Part shown: positions 1-9,005 of the stretch, piece by piece
Layout: each line of letters begins with the position of its first letter
How positions within the stretch are numbered: position 1 is the first letter of the stretch
Source: Nitrospirota bacterium
Lineage (GTDB): Bacteria; JACPQY01
DNA length: 25,865 bases
Reading direction: 5' to 3'
Assembly: GCA_016180645.1 (NCBI GenBank)
Contig: JACPAV010000004.1
Coordinates: 219,544 to 245,408, forward strand
Translations under genes and position numbers: made by a program
Notes under the pieces: generated by a model
The model's database searches: none
The model's input: the letters and a program-made list of their open reading frames with translations, nothing else
Told to the model about the DNA's origin: nothing

Positions 1-762
1 ATTGGCGAAGGCTTCGAGGATCTCCAGGTCGTCGTCCGAGAACGTGGGACCGTCCTTCCGATTGAGGACTTCGATGGCGCCGATGATGCGGGCCTTCACC
101 TTCATGGGGGCGCAGGCGATGTTGCGGCTGGTGAAGTTCACCGATGAGGCGACGCGCGGGGAGAAGCGCGGGTCTTTGTCGACATCCGGGGAAAGCACGG
201 GGACGCCGTGTTGAACGACCCAGCCGGCAATCCCTTCACCGATTTGCAGTTTGATGTCTTTTACTTCGTCCGCTTTCTCGCCGGTAGCAGCGAGAAAATA
301 GAGGCTGTGGCCGTCCTCGCCCTTGAGGATGATGGAGCTGGCCTCGGCGTGGGTCACCTGCGTGGCGTGTTCGAGAATGGAGTTGAGCACGTGCCGTTCG
401 TCGAGGGAGGAGTTGACGAGCGCGGTGACCTTGATGAGAGATGACAGTCTGTCAATGCGATCCTGTTCGGAGCGGAAGGCTTTGGAGAGCTCCTCGGGAA
501 GGTGGGCATCGTCCACGTTGGAGTGGGCGCGGAGACTCTGCGTGAGCGTGTTCATGACGGATTGGAGGGCTTCGCCGTATCGGAAGCGCGTGCCCGGCGC
601 CGTGGCAGGAGCGGGCGTGGTCGGCGGAACGGAAGGGGGGGGGCTGACGAGGCGGGCGGCGCGGCTTGGGGAAGGGGAGTGCCGGGGCGTGGAGCGGGTG
701 GATCGCCGGACGGCGGGATGGGGCCTCGTGGACGACGCTTTGGATACAGAGCGTTTTGCTAT
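1..762 (-). CDS. GAF-domain signalling protein, 5' part (runs off the window start); start either ATA at 762 or ATG at 555
   Basis: My minus-strand translation is open from 762 to 1: ...DRIDRLSSLIKVTALVNSSLDERHVLNSILEHATQVTHAEASSIILKGEDGHSLYFLAATGEKADEVKDIKLQIGEGIAGWVVQHGVPVLSPDVDKDPRF...IACAPMKVKARIIGAIEVLNRKDGPTFSDDDLEILEAFAN. GEGIAGWV, DPRF and F..DD..L are typical GAF motifs. Absent from the ORF track because there is no stop in the window. Confidence 0.9.
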   Translation of the reverse strand, partial: MAKRSVSKASSTRPHPAVRRSTRSTPRHSPSPSRAARLVSPPPSVPPTTPAPATAPGTRFRYGEALQSVMNTLTQSLRAHSNVDDAHLPEELSKAFRSEQDRIDRLSSLIKVTALVNSSLDERHVLNSILEHATQVTHAEASSIILKGEDGHSLYFLAATGEKADEVKDIKLQIGEGIAGWVVQHGVPVLSPDVDKDPRFSPRVASSVNFTSRNIACAPMKVKARIIGAIEVLNRKDGPTFSDDDLEILEAFAN

Positions 763-824
763 GGAATCCTCCTGTAGTGTTCGAGGTCGCTCCCGGAGGT
801 TCGCTCGGATTCCGGGAGAGGGGG

Positions 825-852
825 ATTGTAGCGGAATGGCGAGTTTTTTCAA
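825..852 (-). promoter_or_regulatory. sigma70-type promoter for the GAF gene
   Basis: Minus strand TTGAAA (852-847), 16-nt spacer, TACAAT (830-825). A hairpin CTCCCGGA/TCCGGGAG (790-818) and AGGAGG (773-768) follow. Confidence 0.6.
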
Positions 853-898
853 AGGCGGGGGGGTGCTGAGTAACGCCCGGCGAAGCTCGGGGGGAATC

Positions 899-933
899 GG
901 TGAGTGACTGTGTGATAGTGTGATGGTGAGTCA
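899..933. repeat. degenerate 8-nt-period GTGA micro-repeat
   Basis: ggtgagtga ctgtgtga tagtgtga tggtgagtca. Confidence 0.5.
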
Positions 934-993
934 TCTAGGGTCTGCTGCGGGGTGGGGGAGGGGGCAGGCATTGGAGGCGTGAGGGGGAAAATA

Positions 994-1167
994 GGAGGAT
1001 TGCCGCCGTTCAGCGGGTTCGAGGCCCCGTGACTTGCCGCGGAGCGTGGTTTCTTCAGCGCGAGCACGGGGTCCGGCCCGTCCTCCGCAGTGCCTACTCC
1101 GTCGAAGCAGCTTCGGCTGCGAAGGCTGGAAGCTGCTACGGAGGGGGAAGCCCCGTGCGGGGCTTTT
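994..1167. repeat. cluster of nested hairpins (REP-like or structured RNA) ending in a terminator-like hairpin
   Basis: GGCCCCGTG/CACGGGGTC stem within 1014-1080; CTCCGT..AGCAGCTTC/GAAGCTGCT.ACGGAG within 1097-1143; AAGCCCCG-TG-CGGGGCTT followed by TT at 1148-1167. Confidence 0.5.
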
Positions 1168-1323
1168 GCGGGGTAGGCTAAGACCTTCCTGGATGGCGGT
1201 GGGTAGTTTGCATTGCAAGTTGGTTGTGGGCCGCATGATTAGTGGTTCAGAAATAGTAAAGAAAAGAATATAGTAGATGAAGATATCAGATAAGTCATTG
1301 GCTTGGTGCTTGGAAGTGGCATG

Positions 1324-1339
1324 TGTTCCACGTGGAACT
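1324..1339. other. parS: parS centromere-like site
   Basis: TGTTCCACGTGGAACT, 15/16 match to the known parS variant TGTTCCACGTGGAACA. Confidence 0.85.
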
Positions 1340-2701
1340 TCGGATCGGAAACGGGGTTCACCAAGGTGGTATCGGCGTTGATGAATCAGTGGAGTTGCAA
1401 CGTGGTCCGAGACTCATGGCCGACCTGCCAGGATGGACGCATGTAGAGGCTCGCCGAGGAAAGGTCTTGCGGTGACAACCTGGTTATCTCCCTCGGATCG
1501 GATGAAGGATATCTTGTTGGCAGGAGTGCATGTTCGCCCTGACCGATGCAGGGCCCTGGGAAGCACCATGAGCCGGATTCCAGGACAAGGCAGTTCTTGC
1601 GTTCCTGGGAAAGGTCTGGATTGACCAAGCGGCTGGAAGCGGGGCCGACCTGCAAGCAAGGCTGGAGTGGGAAACTGGATGGCGAACCAGGGCCACTCAC
1701 TTGAACATGCGCGAGGCGAGCTTTGGAGGATTGGCTGAGCCTCGGCCGTCCCTCCTCGCAGTCGGAGAATCCTTAGAGAAGCTTGATTCCGGGAACCGCA
1801 AAGCCGGATCCTGTGCTCAGATCGCCAAGGCGAAGCACGCGACTATTTGCAGGAGTGCGCAGCATGTAGCGGCACCACCAAAGATTGGAGGTCCAAGACG
1901 GGCAAAGGCCCCTGAGAGCCGCAGAATGCGTAACCCCCCAGGATTGGCCTCTCAAAACATGCCGAGTCCTCGCGAATGCGCTACTGAAGATCGCCGTGGA
2001 ACAGCCAGGATACGCCGGCTCTCTACCTCCCCTCTGCCCCCACTTACAAAGGAGGGCAATTCCTCCCAAGGGGAGGCGAAGTGGAGTAGAACAGATCATG
2101 AGTGACTTTAGCTCCGAAGTTTGCACGACATCTCAAGATCAGAACGCGTCTTCCGCCTAACGTCAGCCTGAACTCGCTTCAGGATCTCATTGAGATGCCG
2201 AAACAAGCTCGACGTGGTATCCGAAGTAGGGCTGCGGCATACCGAAGCGAAATCTGAAGTTTCTCAAGGGCGATATGCGCAAGTCACTGGCATTGCTCTC
2301 AGTCCATCTCGGGCGTCAGAGACCTACCAAGAACATCCTATCCGAGGCAGGTGCCAGTTGATGGACCGGAGTGCGATGAGGAGGGGGCGGCAACCGATGG
2401 GTGGGACACGCCGGAGGGTCTTCCCGTTTTCAAATTGGAAGGCGGGCAGGGCGACCATCTGAGTTTGCCGAGGCCATACTGCGTTTCCGGTGGCGCGGAA
2501 ACCGCCCCTGCACGGATAGGATGCCGGCGAACGGACGAGCGCTGAACTTCCGGGTTTTCGGCCGGCGGACGCAGGGTATTGTAGGGCCGCATCTCCCGAA
2601 TGCAACCGCACGACCTCCTGCCTCGAGACACCCAAGCAAGCATTTTCGCAGGAACTGACCATTACCCAGACACTCAAGACTGCACATCTCACAACGGCAC
2701 G

Positions 2702-2717
2702 AGTTCCACGTGGAACG
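2702..2717. other. parS: parS centromere-like site
   Basis: AGTTCCACGTGGAACG, with the same perfect 14-bp palindromic core GTTCCACGTGGAAC. Confidence 0.85.
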
Positions 2718-2798
2718 CCGATAGCCACCAGACTCGACCCTCCAAGCCATGGCCGCCCCAGGAACATTGTGAAAGTGTAAAGATAACATTCCAGTCGC

Positions 2799-2865
2799 AA
2801 ATATGATAAACCCTGACAGTACAGATATATCTATATCATATTATATATACCTATAATTCAATACA
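2799..2865. other. strongly AT-rich tract
   Basis: agatatatctatatcatattatatatacctataattcaatac in an otherwise high-GC window; a second AT-rich tract lies at about 1248-1300. Confidence 0.7.
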
Positions 2866-3205
2866 CACATCCGACAACCCGACGCCGGCTGTGTACAAGT
2901 CTGCCGCCCCTTGGAGGTGATTGGGATCACAGTATCAAAGCTCACGCAATTCTCCTTCCCCTCAAGGCGGGCCGATCGAACCGTGGACGAGGTTCGAGCC
3001 GGAGGCTTCCCCCGGCGGGGGCCTTCCCGGACGGAATCAAATGACACTAAGTCAAGGATACACACTGTCACTAAGACAAACGCGGTCGCATGGAAACCCG
3101 GACGGAAATCGGTCTTTCCATGGTCGGAGGCGGGCGGCGCCGCGGCTTTCCCCCACGGGCTCCTGCGTGGCTCGCCATGCGCGCCGTGCTATACTCCCCC
3201 TCCCA

Positions 3206-5959
3206 GTGAACGGGATACACCTCCGCCTAGGCCGCCTGATCGGCACGCTTCCGATCCTTCTCGTTGCGGCGATCTGTGCTCGCTTCGTTTTTCCCGATTC
3301 CGCCCGCGCGCAACTCGATCCCTTCGAGAAGGTTCACGAGAAAAAAGGCCCCATCAATATCACGGCCGGCCAGGTGGAGTACGACAAGGAACACAAGATC
3401 GTTACCGCCACCGGTCATGCGAAGGCCGTCCAGCAGGACTTCTCGATTGAAGCGGACAAGCTCATCTACTACGACCAGGAAAAACGGCTCGAGGCCGTCG
3501 GAAACGTGGTCATGCAGGAGTGGGAAAATCTCTACAAGGCCGACCGGATGGTCATCGACACGGGAAATGAAACCGGAATTCTCATCAACGGCGAGGTGTA
3601 CCTCTCCTCCGGAAATTTCCAGCTCTGTGGGGAACGCGTGGAGAAGCTCCCCGATGACCGTTACCATATCGAGGATGGAACCTACACCACCTGTACCTGC
3701 CCGCCCGGGCAGAAACCGAGCTGGACCCTCCGAGGCAGCTCCATGGATGTCGCGTATGGCAGCTACGGGGCGGTGTCGAACGCGCGCCTCACCGCGAAGG
3801 GCATCCCGGTCTTTTACTTCCCCAAACTCGCCTTTCCCGCCCTTCGCGAACGCCGGTCGGGTTTCCTCTTCCCGGATGTCTACTGGACGGACCGCAAAGG
3901 GTTCAGCACAAGCCTGCCGTTCTACTGGGCCATCGCGAAGAATGCCGATGCCACCATCCGACCCCGATTCATGGAGCGCCGGGGGGCGGGGGCCGACGTG
4001 GAATTGCGCTACGTCATGAGCCGTCGCAGCGGGGGGGGGGCCAACTTCTCCTATTTCAATGAATTCCGATTCAAGCGGGTGGCGCCGCTCGATCCCAAGC
4101 GGCCGCAACGCCGCAAACTGGGCGATCAGGAGCCGGCGCCGAGCGTGGCGGCCTTCAAGCCCGACGCCAGCCTCCACCGATGGGAACTCTCGGCGGGGTA
4201 CGGGCACGAATGGACACCCACGCTGGGCAGCAACGCGAGCATCCACATTCTGAGCGACGAGCTGTACTGGGAACTCGCTTCAAGGCAATTTGACACCTCG
4301 AAGCCTTTTACCACCTCGACCGTAACCACCAGCAAGGGGTGGACCGGCACGGGGTTGACGGCGACCGTGCGCTACTTCCAAGACCTTGTTCCCACCCAGC
4401 CGCCGTTGTGCCGGCCCGCGGACGGATCGGATCTGGAAGAGGCGAGCGTAGGGGTGGACCGCGCTCGCGGTACGTGCAACCGCATCTGGGTGGTCGAACG
4501 GCCCATCACCTATCAGCAGTTCCCGAGGGTGCAGTTTGGAACAAGCCTCTACGATCGCGATCAATCCGTCCTGGCCCTCACGCTCAATTCGGAGATCACC
4601 CGGTTCTACCGGTTTCCCAACGTGCCGATACCGGAACATCTTATCGACCAAGTGAGTGCTCCGATCGAGGCCTACCGGATGATCCTGACGCCCGCGACGG
4701 GTCTCCCCTACGACTTGTGGGGATACTTCAACGGTTCGGTGAAGTTGGAAATGGACCAGTTTGTTTACTATGTGCCCGTTTACCAGTCCGGCACGACACA
4801 GACTTTCACGATCCTCCGGCCCACCGTGGAAGCCCGGACCAGCCTCATCCGGCGCTACACGTTTCCATTCGGTCCGATCCGAAAGATCGTCCACCAGGTC
4901 CAGCCGACCATCCGGTACAAACTGGTCAACCCTGTTTCGCTGCCTCCCCGGATTTCCCCCCAGCCGGCGGACGCCACGCTCCTCGAGCCGCCTCCGCGGG
5001 TCGAAATTCCGCCCGAGCCGGGCGGTGGGATGACGCTGCACAGTTTCGGCCTTTTCGGATTCGATGGCCGAGACGGAGGCACGAAGACGGAACTCATCGA
5101 ACTGGTCCTGCGCAACCAATTCCCGACGACGTACGTGACGTGGAGCGGGCAGGAAGGCGGAATCGACCCGTTCGAACTCCTGTTGACGCAGCCCATCAGC
5201 GTGAATGAACTCAAGCGCCAGGACATCGGCCAGAGTAGTCTCACGGGAGGTTACGAGTCGCACTACAAGTACAACCTCGACCCTTACGTTCGCCAGCGGC
5301 AGGCGGAGCAGTTGGGCCTCGTGCCCGTGATCGAGTCCGACGTCCAGAAAGCGGCGCCTCGCCCGGAGGCGGGGGATATCGTTTCCACAAAAGACGAGCA
5401 CCGGCCGCTCTTGCCGCTGCTGGCGGAACTCCGATCGAGGGTCATCAGGAACGTTGACATCCAACTCCTGGCGCAGGTCGACCCCTACTACGGTCGGGAG
5501 TTTCATACGCTCACCGCGTATGTGGGGATCCGGGACAGGTTCCGCTTTCGCCGGCTCGGGTTGAAGTACACGTTTGGGGCACGTTCTCGGAAACCGCAAA
5601 ACGGACCGGATCCTGCATCCGCGAACAAGGAGAACCCCTTCTTCTTTCATTCACAGTACATTGAGCCCAAAGCACGGTTCTACCTCCACCCCCGATTCGT
5701 CATCGGGAGCGACGCAAGCTATGACATCGGTTGGCGCAGGCTCAACTACGGCGCCGGCAGCATTGAATACTACTCCGCCTGTCGGTGCTGGGGAATTTTT
5801 GCGATGGCCGGGCGGCGGGTCATCGGTCGCCGGGAGAACTTCACCCTTCAAGCCGTGGTGGGCCCGGACGGTTTGCCCGTTCTGGATCACGAATGGGTTT
5901 TCCAAGCCGGGCTGAACCTGGAGGGATTGATCGGCCTGGGGCAGCGCCCCGACTACTGA
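3206..5959 (+). CDS. lptD: LPS-assembly outer membrane protein LptD
   Basis: Signal-peptide-like N-terminus, OstA-like region (PINITAGQVEYD, IEADKLIY, LEAVGNV), YTTC, IPVFYFP, RRSGFLFP, LPFYWAI, and C-terminal EYYSACRCW and GLNLEGL. Start placed at GTG 3206 behind TGcTATACT (3187-3195) rather than at 2921; exact start uncertain. Confidence 0.92.
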   Translation: MNGIHLRLGRLIGTLPILLVAAICARFVFPDSARAQLDPFEKVHEKKGPINITAGQVEYDKEHKIVTATGHAKAVQQDFSIEADKLIYYDQEKRLEAVGNVVMQEWENLYKADRMVIDTGNETGILINGEVYLSSGNFQLCGERVEKLPDDRYHIEDGTYTTCTCPPGQKPSWTLRGSSMDVAYGSYGAVSNARLTAKGIPVFYFPKLAFPALRERRSGFLFPDVYWTDRKGFSTSLPFYWAIAKNADATIRPRFMERRGAGADVELRYVMSRRSGGGANFSYFNEFRFKRVAPLDPKRPQRRKLGDQEPAPSVAAFKPDASLHRWELSAGYGHEWTPTLGSNASIHILSDELYWELASRQFDTSKPFTTSTVTTSKGWTGTGLTATVRYFQDLVPTQPPLCRPADGSDLEEASVGVDRARGTCNRIWVVERPITYQQFPRVQFGTSLYDRDQSVLALTLNSEITRFYRFPNVPIPEHLIDQVSAPIEAYRMILTPATGLPYDLWGYFNGSVKLEMDQFVYYVPVYQSGTTQTFTILRPTVEARTSLIRRYTFPFGPIRKIVHQVQPTIRYKLVNPVSLPPRISPQPADATLLEPPPRVEIPPEPGGGMTLHSFGLFGFDGRDGGTKTELIELVLRNQFPTTYVTWSGQEGGIDPFELLLTQPISVNELKRQDIGQSSLTGGYESHYKYNLDPYVRQRQAEQLGLVPVIESDVQKAAPRPEAGDIVSTKDEHRPLLPLLAELRSRVIRNVDIQLLAQVDPYYGREFHTLTAYVGIRDRFRFRRLGLKYTFGARSRKPQNGPDPASANKENPFFFHSQYIEPKARFYLHPRFVIGSDASYDIGWRRLNYGAGSIEYYSACRCWGIFAMAGRRVIGRRENFTLQAVVGPDGLPVLDHEWVFQAGLNLEGLIGLGQRPDY

Positions 5960-5990
5960 TCGCTTGCTTCGGACATCCGGCCGGCCGGGG

Positions 5991-6341
5991 TCAATCCCAC
6001 TCGAGGGCGCCCTTGCGAAGAATGTACAAGTAGCCGGCGCCCAGTATGCCCATAAAGACGAGCATCTCGATCATGCCCGTCCAGCCGAGGTCGCGAAGGC
6101 GAATCGCCCAAGGATAGAGGTAGATGACTTCCACGTCGAAGATGATGAACAGCAGGGCCACGAGGTAGAACTTCACCGAGAACCGCAGTCGTGCCGAGCC
6201 GATCGGCTTCATGCCGGATTCGTACGGCGTGGTCACGTCCGTGGAGCGATGGGGGGCGATGAGCGCGGGGATGGCCAGCGCGGCTCCGGCAATCAAAGCG
6301 CCGAAGAGGCCGAGAAAAAGAATTCCAAGGATATCCGTCAT
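5991..6341 (-). CDS. nuoA: NADH-quinone oxidoreductase subunit A
   Basis: Three TM helices, [36 protein letters not shown]-terminal KGALEWD. Confidence 0.96.
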   Translation of the reverse strand: MTDILGILFLGLFGALIAGAALAIPALIAPHRSTDVTTPYESGMKPIGSARLRFSVKFYLVALLFIIFDVEVIYLYPWAIRLRDLGWTGMIEMLVFMGILGAGYLYILRKGALEWD

Positions 6342-6751
6342 CGTCGCCGGGGTTTTTTACCACGTTTCCCGCCGCGCCGTCCAGGAAGGTCCGCTGTGTG
6401 CGCCCCGCGGTCTCCTTGAGCTTTGGTGTAGCGAATCTTGCGGAAGAAACAACTGCGTCGGCCGGTGTGGCACGCCGGTCCGGCCGGGCGAACCTTGAAG
6501 AGAAGCGTGTCCTCATCGCAGTCATACCGGATTTCCTCGACCCGCTGCACGTGTCCGGAGGTCTCTCCTTTCTTCCAGATTCTCTTGCGGCTCCGGCTGT
6601 AGAAGTGCGCCCAGCCCGTCTCCATCGTCAATCGGAGCGCTTGGGCATTCACGTAGGCGAGCATCAGCACCTCACGGGTGCGCGCGTCCTGGAGCACCGC
6701 CGGAATCAGTTTCTGTTTCCGAAAAAGGGAGCGAATCGTCGCGGCGTTCAT
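6338..6751 (-). CDS. hisI: phosphoribosyl-AMP cyclohydrolase
   Basis: [51 protein letters not shown] 6751 is preceded by GAGGGG. Confidence 0.96.
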   Translation of the reverse strand: MNAATIRSLFRKQKLIPAVLQDARTREVLMLAYVNAQALRLTMETGWAHFYSRSRKRIWKKGETSGHVQRVEEIRYDCDEDTLLFKVRPAGPACHTGRRSCFFRKIRYTKAQGDRGAHTADLPGRRGGKRGKKPRRR

Positions 6752-6759
6752 CGTGCCCC

Positions 6760-7551
6760 TCAAATCCGGACGGCCACGCCCTTGCGCCGAAGATAGCGCT
6801 TGACGAGAGGGATCGTGGTCTCACGGTAGTGAAAAATCGATGCGGCCAGACAGGCGTCGGCCTTCCCTTTGATAAAGCCGTCGTAGATATGCCGGGCGGC
6901 TCCGGCGCCCCCCGATGCGATGATGGGAATTCCCACCGCCTCGCTCACTGCACGGGTCAAGGCAAGGTCATACCCCGCTTTCGTCCCGTCGCAATCCATG
7001 CTGGTCAGGAGAATTTCACCTGCACCGAACCGCTCGGCCTCGCGCGCCCACTTCACCGCATCCCGCCCGGTGGGTGCTCGCCCCCCGTGGGTGTAAACCT
7101 CCCATGCCTCCCCCCTCCCTTTTCCCGTCTCGCGCCTCTTTGCATCGATGGCGACCACGATGCACTGTGCGCCGAACAATCGGGAAGACCCGCGAATCAA
7201 TCCCGGATTCTTCACGGCGGCCGTGTTGAGCGATACCTTGTCCGCCCCGGCCCGAAGCAAATCCCGGATGTCTGCGCGAGTCCGGACCCCCCCCCCGACT
7301 GTGAACGGTGTAAACACCTGCTCGGCCGTTCGTCGGACCAGGTCGAGCAGGATGTTCCGCCGCTCGTGCGAGGCGGTGATGTCGAGATACACGATTTCGT
7401 CGGCCCCCTGCTTTTCGTACGCCTTGGCCACGGCCACGGGATCTCCGGCGTCGCGGAGCTGAACGAACCGAATGCCTTTCACGACCCGACCGTCTTTGAT
7501 GTCCAGGCAGGGAATGATTCGGCGGGCAAGGCCGTTTGCGGCGCGGGTCAC
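6760..7551 (-). CDS. hisF: imidazole glycerol phosphate synthase cyclase subunit
   Basis: [62 protein letters not shown]. Confidence 0.98.
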   Translation of the reverse strand: MTRAANGLARRIIPCLDIKDGRVVKGIRFVQLRDAGDPVAVAKAYEKQGADEIVYLDITASHERRNILLDLVRRTAEQVFTPFTVGGGVRTRADIRDLLRAGADKVSLNTAAVKNPGLIRGSSRLFGAQCIVVAIDAKRRETGKGRGEAWEVYTHGGRAPTGRDAVKWAREAERFGAGEILLTSMDCDGTKAGYDLALTRAVSEAVGIPIIASGGAGAARHIYDGFIKGKADACLAASIFHYRETTIPLVKRYLRRKGVAVRI

Positions 7552-8273
7552 GAGAGCGCCCTCCGGGCATCGGCGTAGGTCAGCCGGCCTTCATAGAGGG
7601 CTTTCCCAATGATGACCCCCACCACGTTGGACGCCTTCAGCTTCGATACGGCTTGAAGGTCTTCGAGGGCGGATATCCCGCCGGAAAGAATCATCGATTT
7701 CCCGAAGGTCCGTGCCGCGCTGCGAGCCGATCGAAGATCGGGACCTCTCAGGGCTCCATCCCGGAGAATGGACGTTAGGACGACACCGCCGATGGGCCAG
7801 TCCCGCGCCTTCCCCAGAAGTTCGTGGGTGGTCACGCCCGAAGAGTGGGTCCAGCCCTTGAGCATGATCTCCTTGCCTCGCGCGTCGACCGAGAGCCAGA
7901 CGTGTCCTCCCAGCTTCTCCGCCCAGCGGAGAAACTTCGATCCCTTCTCCAACGCGGCCGTGCCGGCAATAACCCTCTTCGCGCCCGCATCCAGCAGGCG
8001 GCGCGCGGCGGCCTCCGTGCGGATACCTCCCCCCACTTCGACGCTGAGTTTCACCTGCCGGAGGATATCGAGAATCTTCCTGAGGTTGCTCATCCGGCCC
8101 GTCCGGGCGCCGTCCAAGTCCACCACGTGCAACCACCGGGCGCCTTCGCGCTCCCAACGCAGGGCCATCTCCGCCGGTTCCCCGCCGTAGAGAGTGGATC
8201 GGGCATAGTCTCCCTGCGTGAGCCGAACGCATTTTCCGCCCAGAATATCCACGGCCGGGAGCAAATCCATCAC
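7548..8273 (-). CDS. hisA: ProFAR isomerase
   Basis: [56 protein letters not shown]. Homology begins at GTG-ATG 8273/8270; the longer ORF to 8885 is antisense to the LysM gene. Confidence 0.97.
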   Translation of the reverse strand: MMDLLPAVDILGGKCVRLTQGDYARSTLYGGEPAEMALRWEREGARWLHVVDLDGARTGRMSNLRKILDILRQVKLSVEVGGGIRTEAAARRLLDAGAKRVIAGTAALEKGSKFLRWAEKLGGHVWLSVDARGKEIMLKGWTHSSGVTTHELLGKARDWPIGGVVLTSILRDGALRGPDLRSARSAARTFGKSMILSGGISALEDLQAVSKLKASNVVGVIIGKALYEGRLTYADARRALS

Positions 8274-8280
8274 GGGCGAC

Positions 8281-8354
8281 ATTGTACTCAGCGGCCGCCG
8301 TTCTTGCCACGTCGAAGGATTCCACTCGGATCGTCCTCCGCAGTCTGCTAAAAT
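8281..8354. promoter_or_regulatory. divergent -10 elements for hisA and the LysM gene
   Basis: Minus TACAAT 8286-8281, 7 nt before GTG 8273. Plus TGcTAAAAT 8346-8354, 6 nt before ATG 8361. Confidence 0.65.
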
Positions 8355-8360
8355 GACACG

Positions 8361-9005
8361 ATGCGGTTCATGAAGGATAGGAGGGCGGTAATTCAGTGGG
8401 CTGTCGCCGCCTGCATGGTGGTCGGAACGGCAACTTCGTGCGCCCACCGGCCGGAGCCGAACTTTTCGCGCGCGGAGTTCTTCTGGGGCCAGGCCCAGGC
8501 CGCCGGTGGCGGACGGTTTGCTCCTGACCGAATGCTGGAAGCGGAGAAATTGCTTCAAAACGCAAAAGACCTTCACTCGAAGTCGAACAAGTCCGAGGCG
8601 GCAAAGGACCTCCTCCGCGCCGAGTCCCTCTTGATTGAAGCCGAACGGCTCGGTCGCCAGATGGGCGAGCGTGAGGCCGCGATGGAGCCGCCGCCCAGGC
8701 CGCGCCCGGTCGGCACTGCCCCCCCCCCGCCGATGAGGCTGGATGCCGATCGACAACTGGCCCTGTACCGCGTCAAGCGTGGCGATACCCTCTGGGATAT
8801 CTCCGCGCGGAGAGACATCTATGGCAATCCCTGGCGATGGAGCCGATTGTACGAAGCCAATCGACATGCCTTGAGGAGTCCCCATCGGATTGCCCCCGGC
8901 CAGAAACTGGTCGTCCCCCGAACGATGGCAGCCGTGCCACCGGCGCCTCCGTTGAAATCGGCCCCGGAAATCTCGCCCCCCACTCAGGATGAATCGAAGA
9001 AGTAA
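8361..9005 (+). CDS. LysM peptidoglycan-binding lipoprotein
   Basis: Signal peptide with lipobox-like ATSC, an Ala-rich helical domain, a Pro-rich linker, and a LysM domain YRVKRGDTLWDIS...IYGNPWRWSRLYEANR...PHRIAPGQKLVVP. Confidence 0.9.
   Translation: MRFMKDRRAVIQWAVAACMVVGTATSCAHRPEPNFSRAEFFWGQAQAAGGGRFAPDRMLEAEKLLQNAKDLHSKSNKSEAAKDLLRAESLLIEAERLGRQMGEREAAMEPPPRPRPVGTAPPPPMRLDADRQLALYRVKRGDTLWDISARRDIYGNPWRWSRLYEANRHALRSPHRIAPGQKLVVPRTMAAVPPAPPLKSAPEISPPTQDESKK

Noticed and set aside
2..934. Track ORFs 2-214, 208-444, 323-907, 452-934 and 502-777
   Set aside because: Antisense or off-frame shadows of the minus-strand GAF gene; no recognisable motifs.
1014..1030. GGGTTCGAGGCCC resembling a tRNA T-arm
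   Set aside because: No cloverleaf, acceptor stem or CCA can be built around it.
1450..1660. GAGGAAAG (RNase P-like) and GGGGCCGA (tmRNA-like) words
   Set aside because: The required continuations (GAGGAAAGTCC and the 3' conserved block; a tRNA-like 3' end and tag frame) are absent.
1386..2806. Many 60-160 aa ORFs between the parS sites
   Set aside because: No domain motifs, Arg/Ser/Pro/Cys-rich random composition, and no clear initiation signals.
2820..2860. AT tract as a dif site or a confirmed oriC unwinding element
   Set aside because: Poor match to the XerD arm TTATGTTAAAT and no canonical DnaA boxes nearby; kept only as an AT-rich tract.
2921..3205. 95-codon N-terminal extension of LptD in the ORF track
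   Set aside because: Low-complexity, precedes the signal peptide, and spans the promoter-like TGcTATACT.
8274..8885. Apparent 200-aa N-terminal fusion to HisA
   Set aside because: It is the antisense of the LysM gene; HisA homology begins at 8273/8270.
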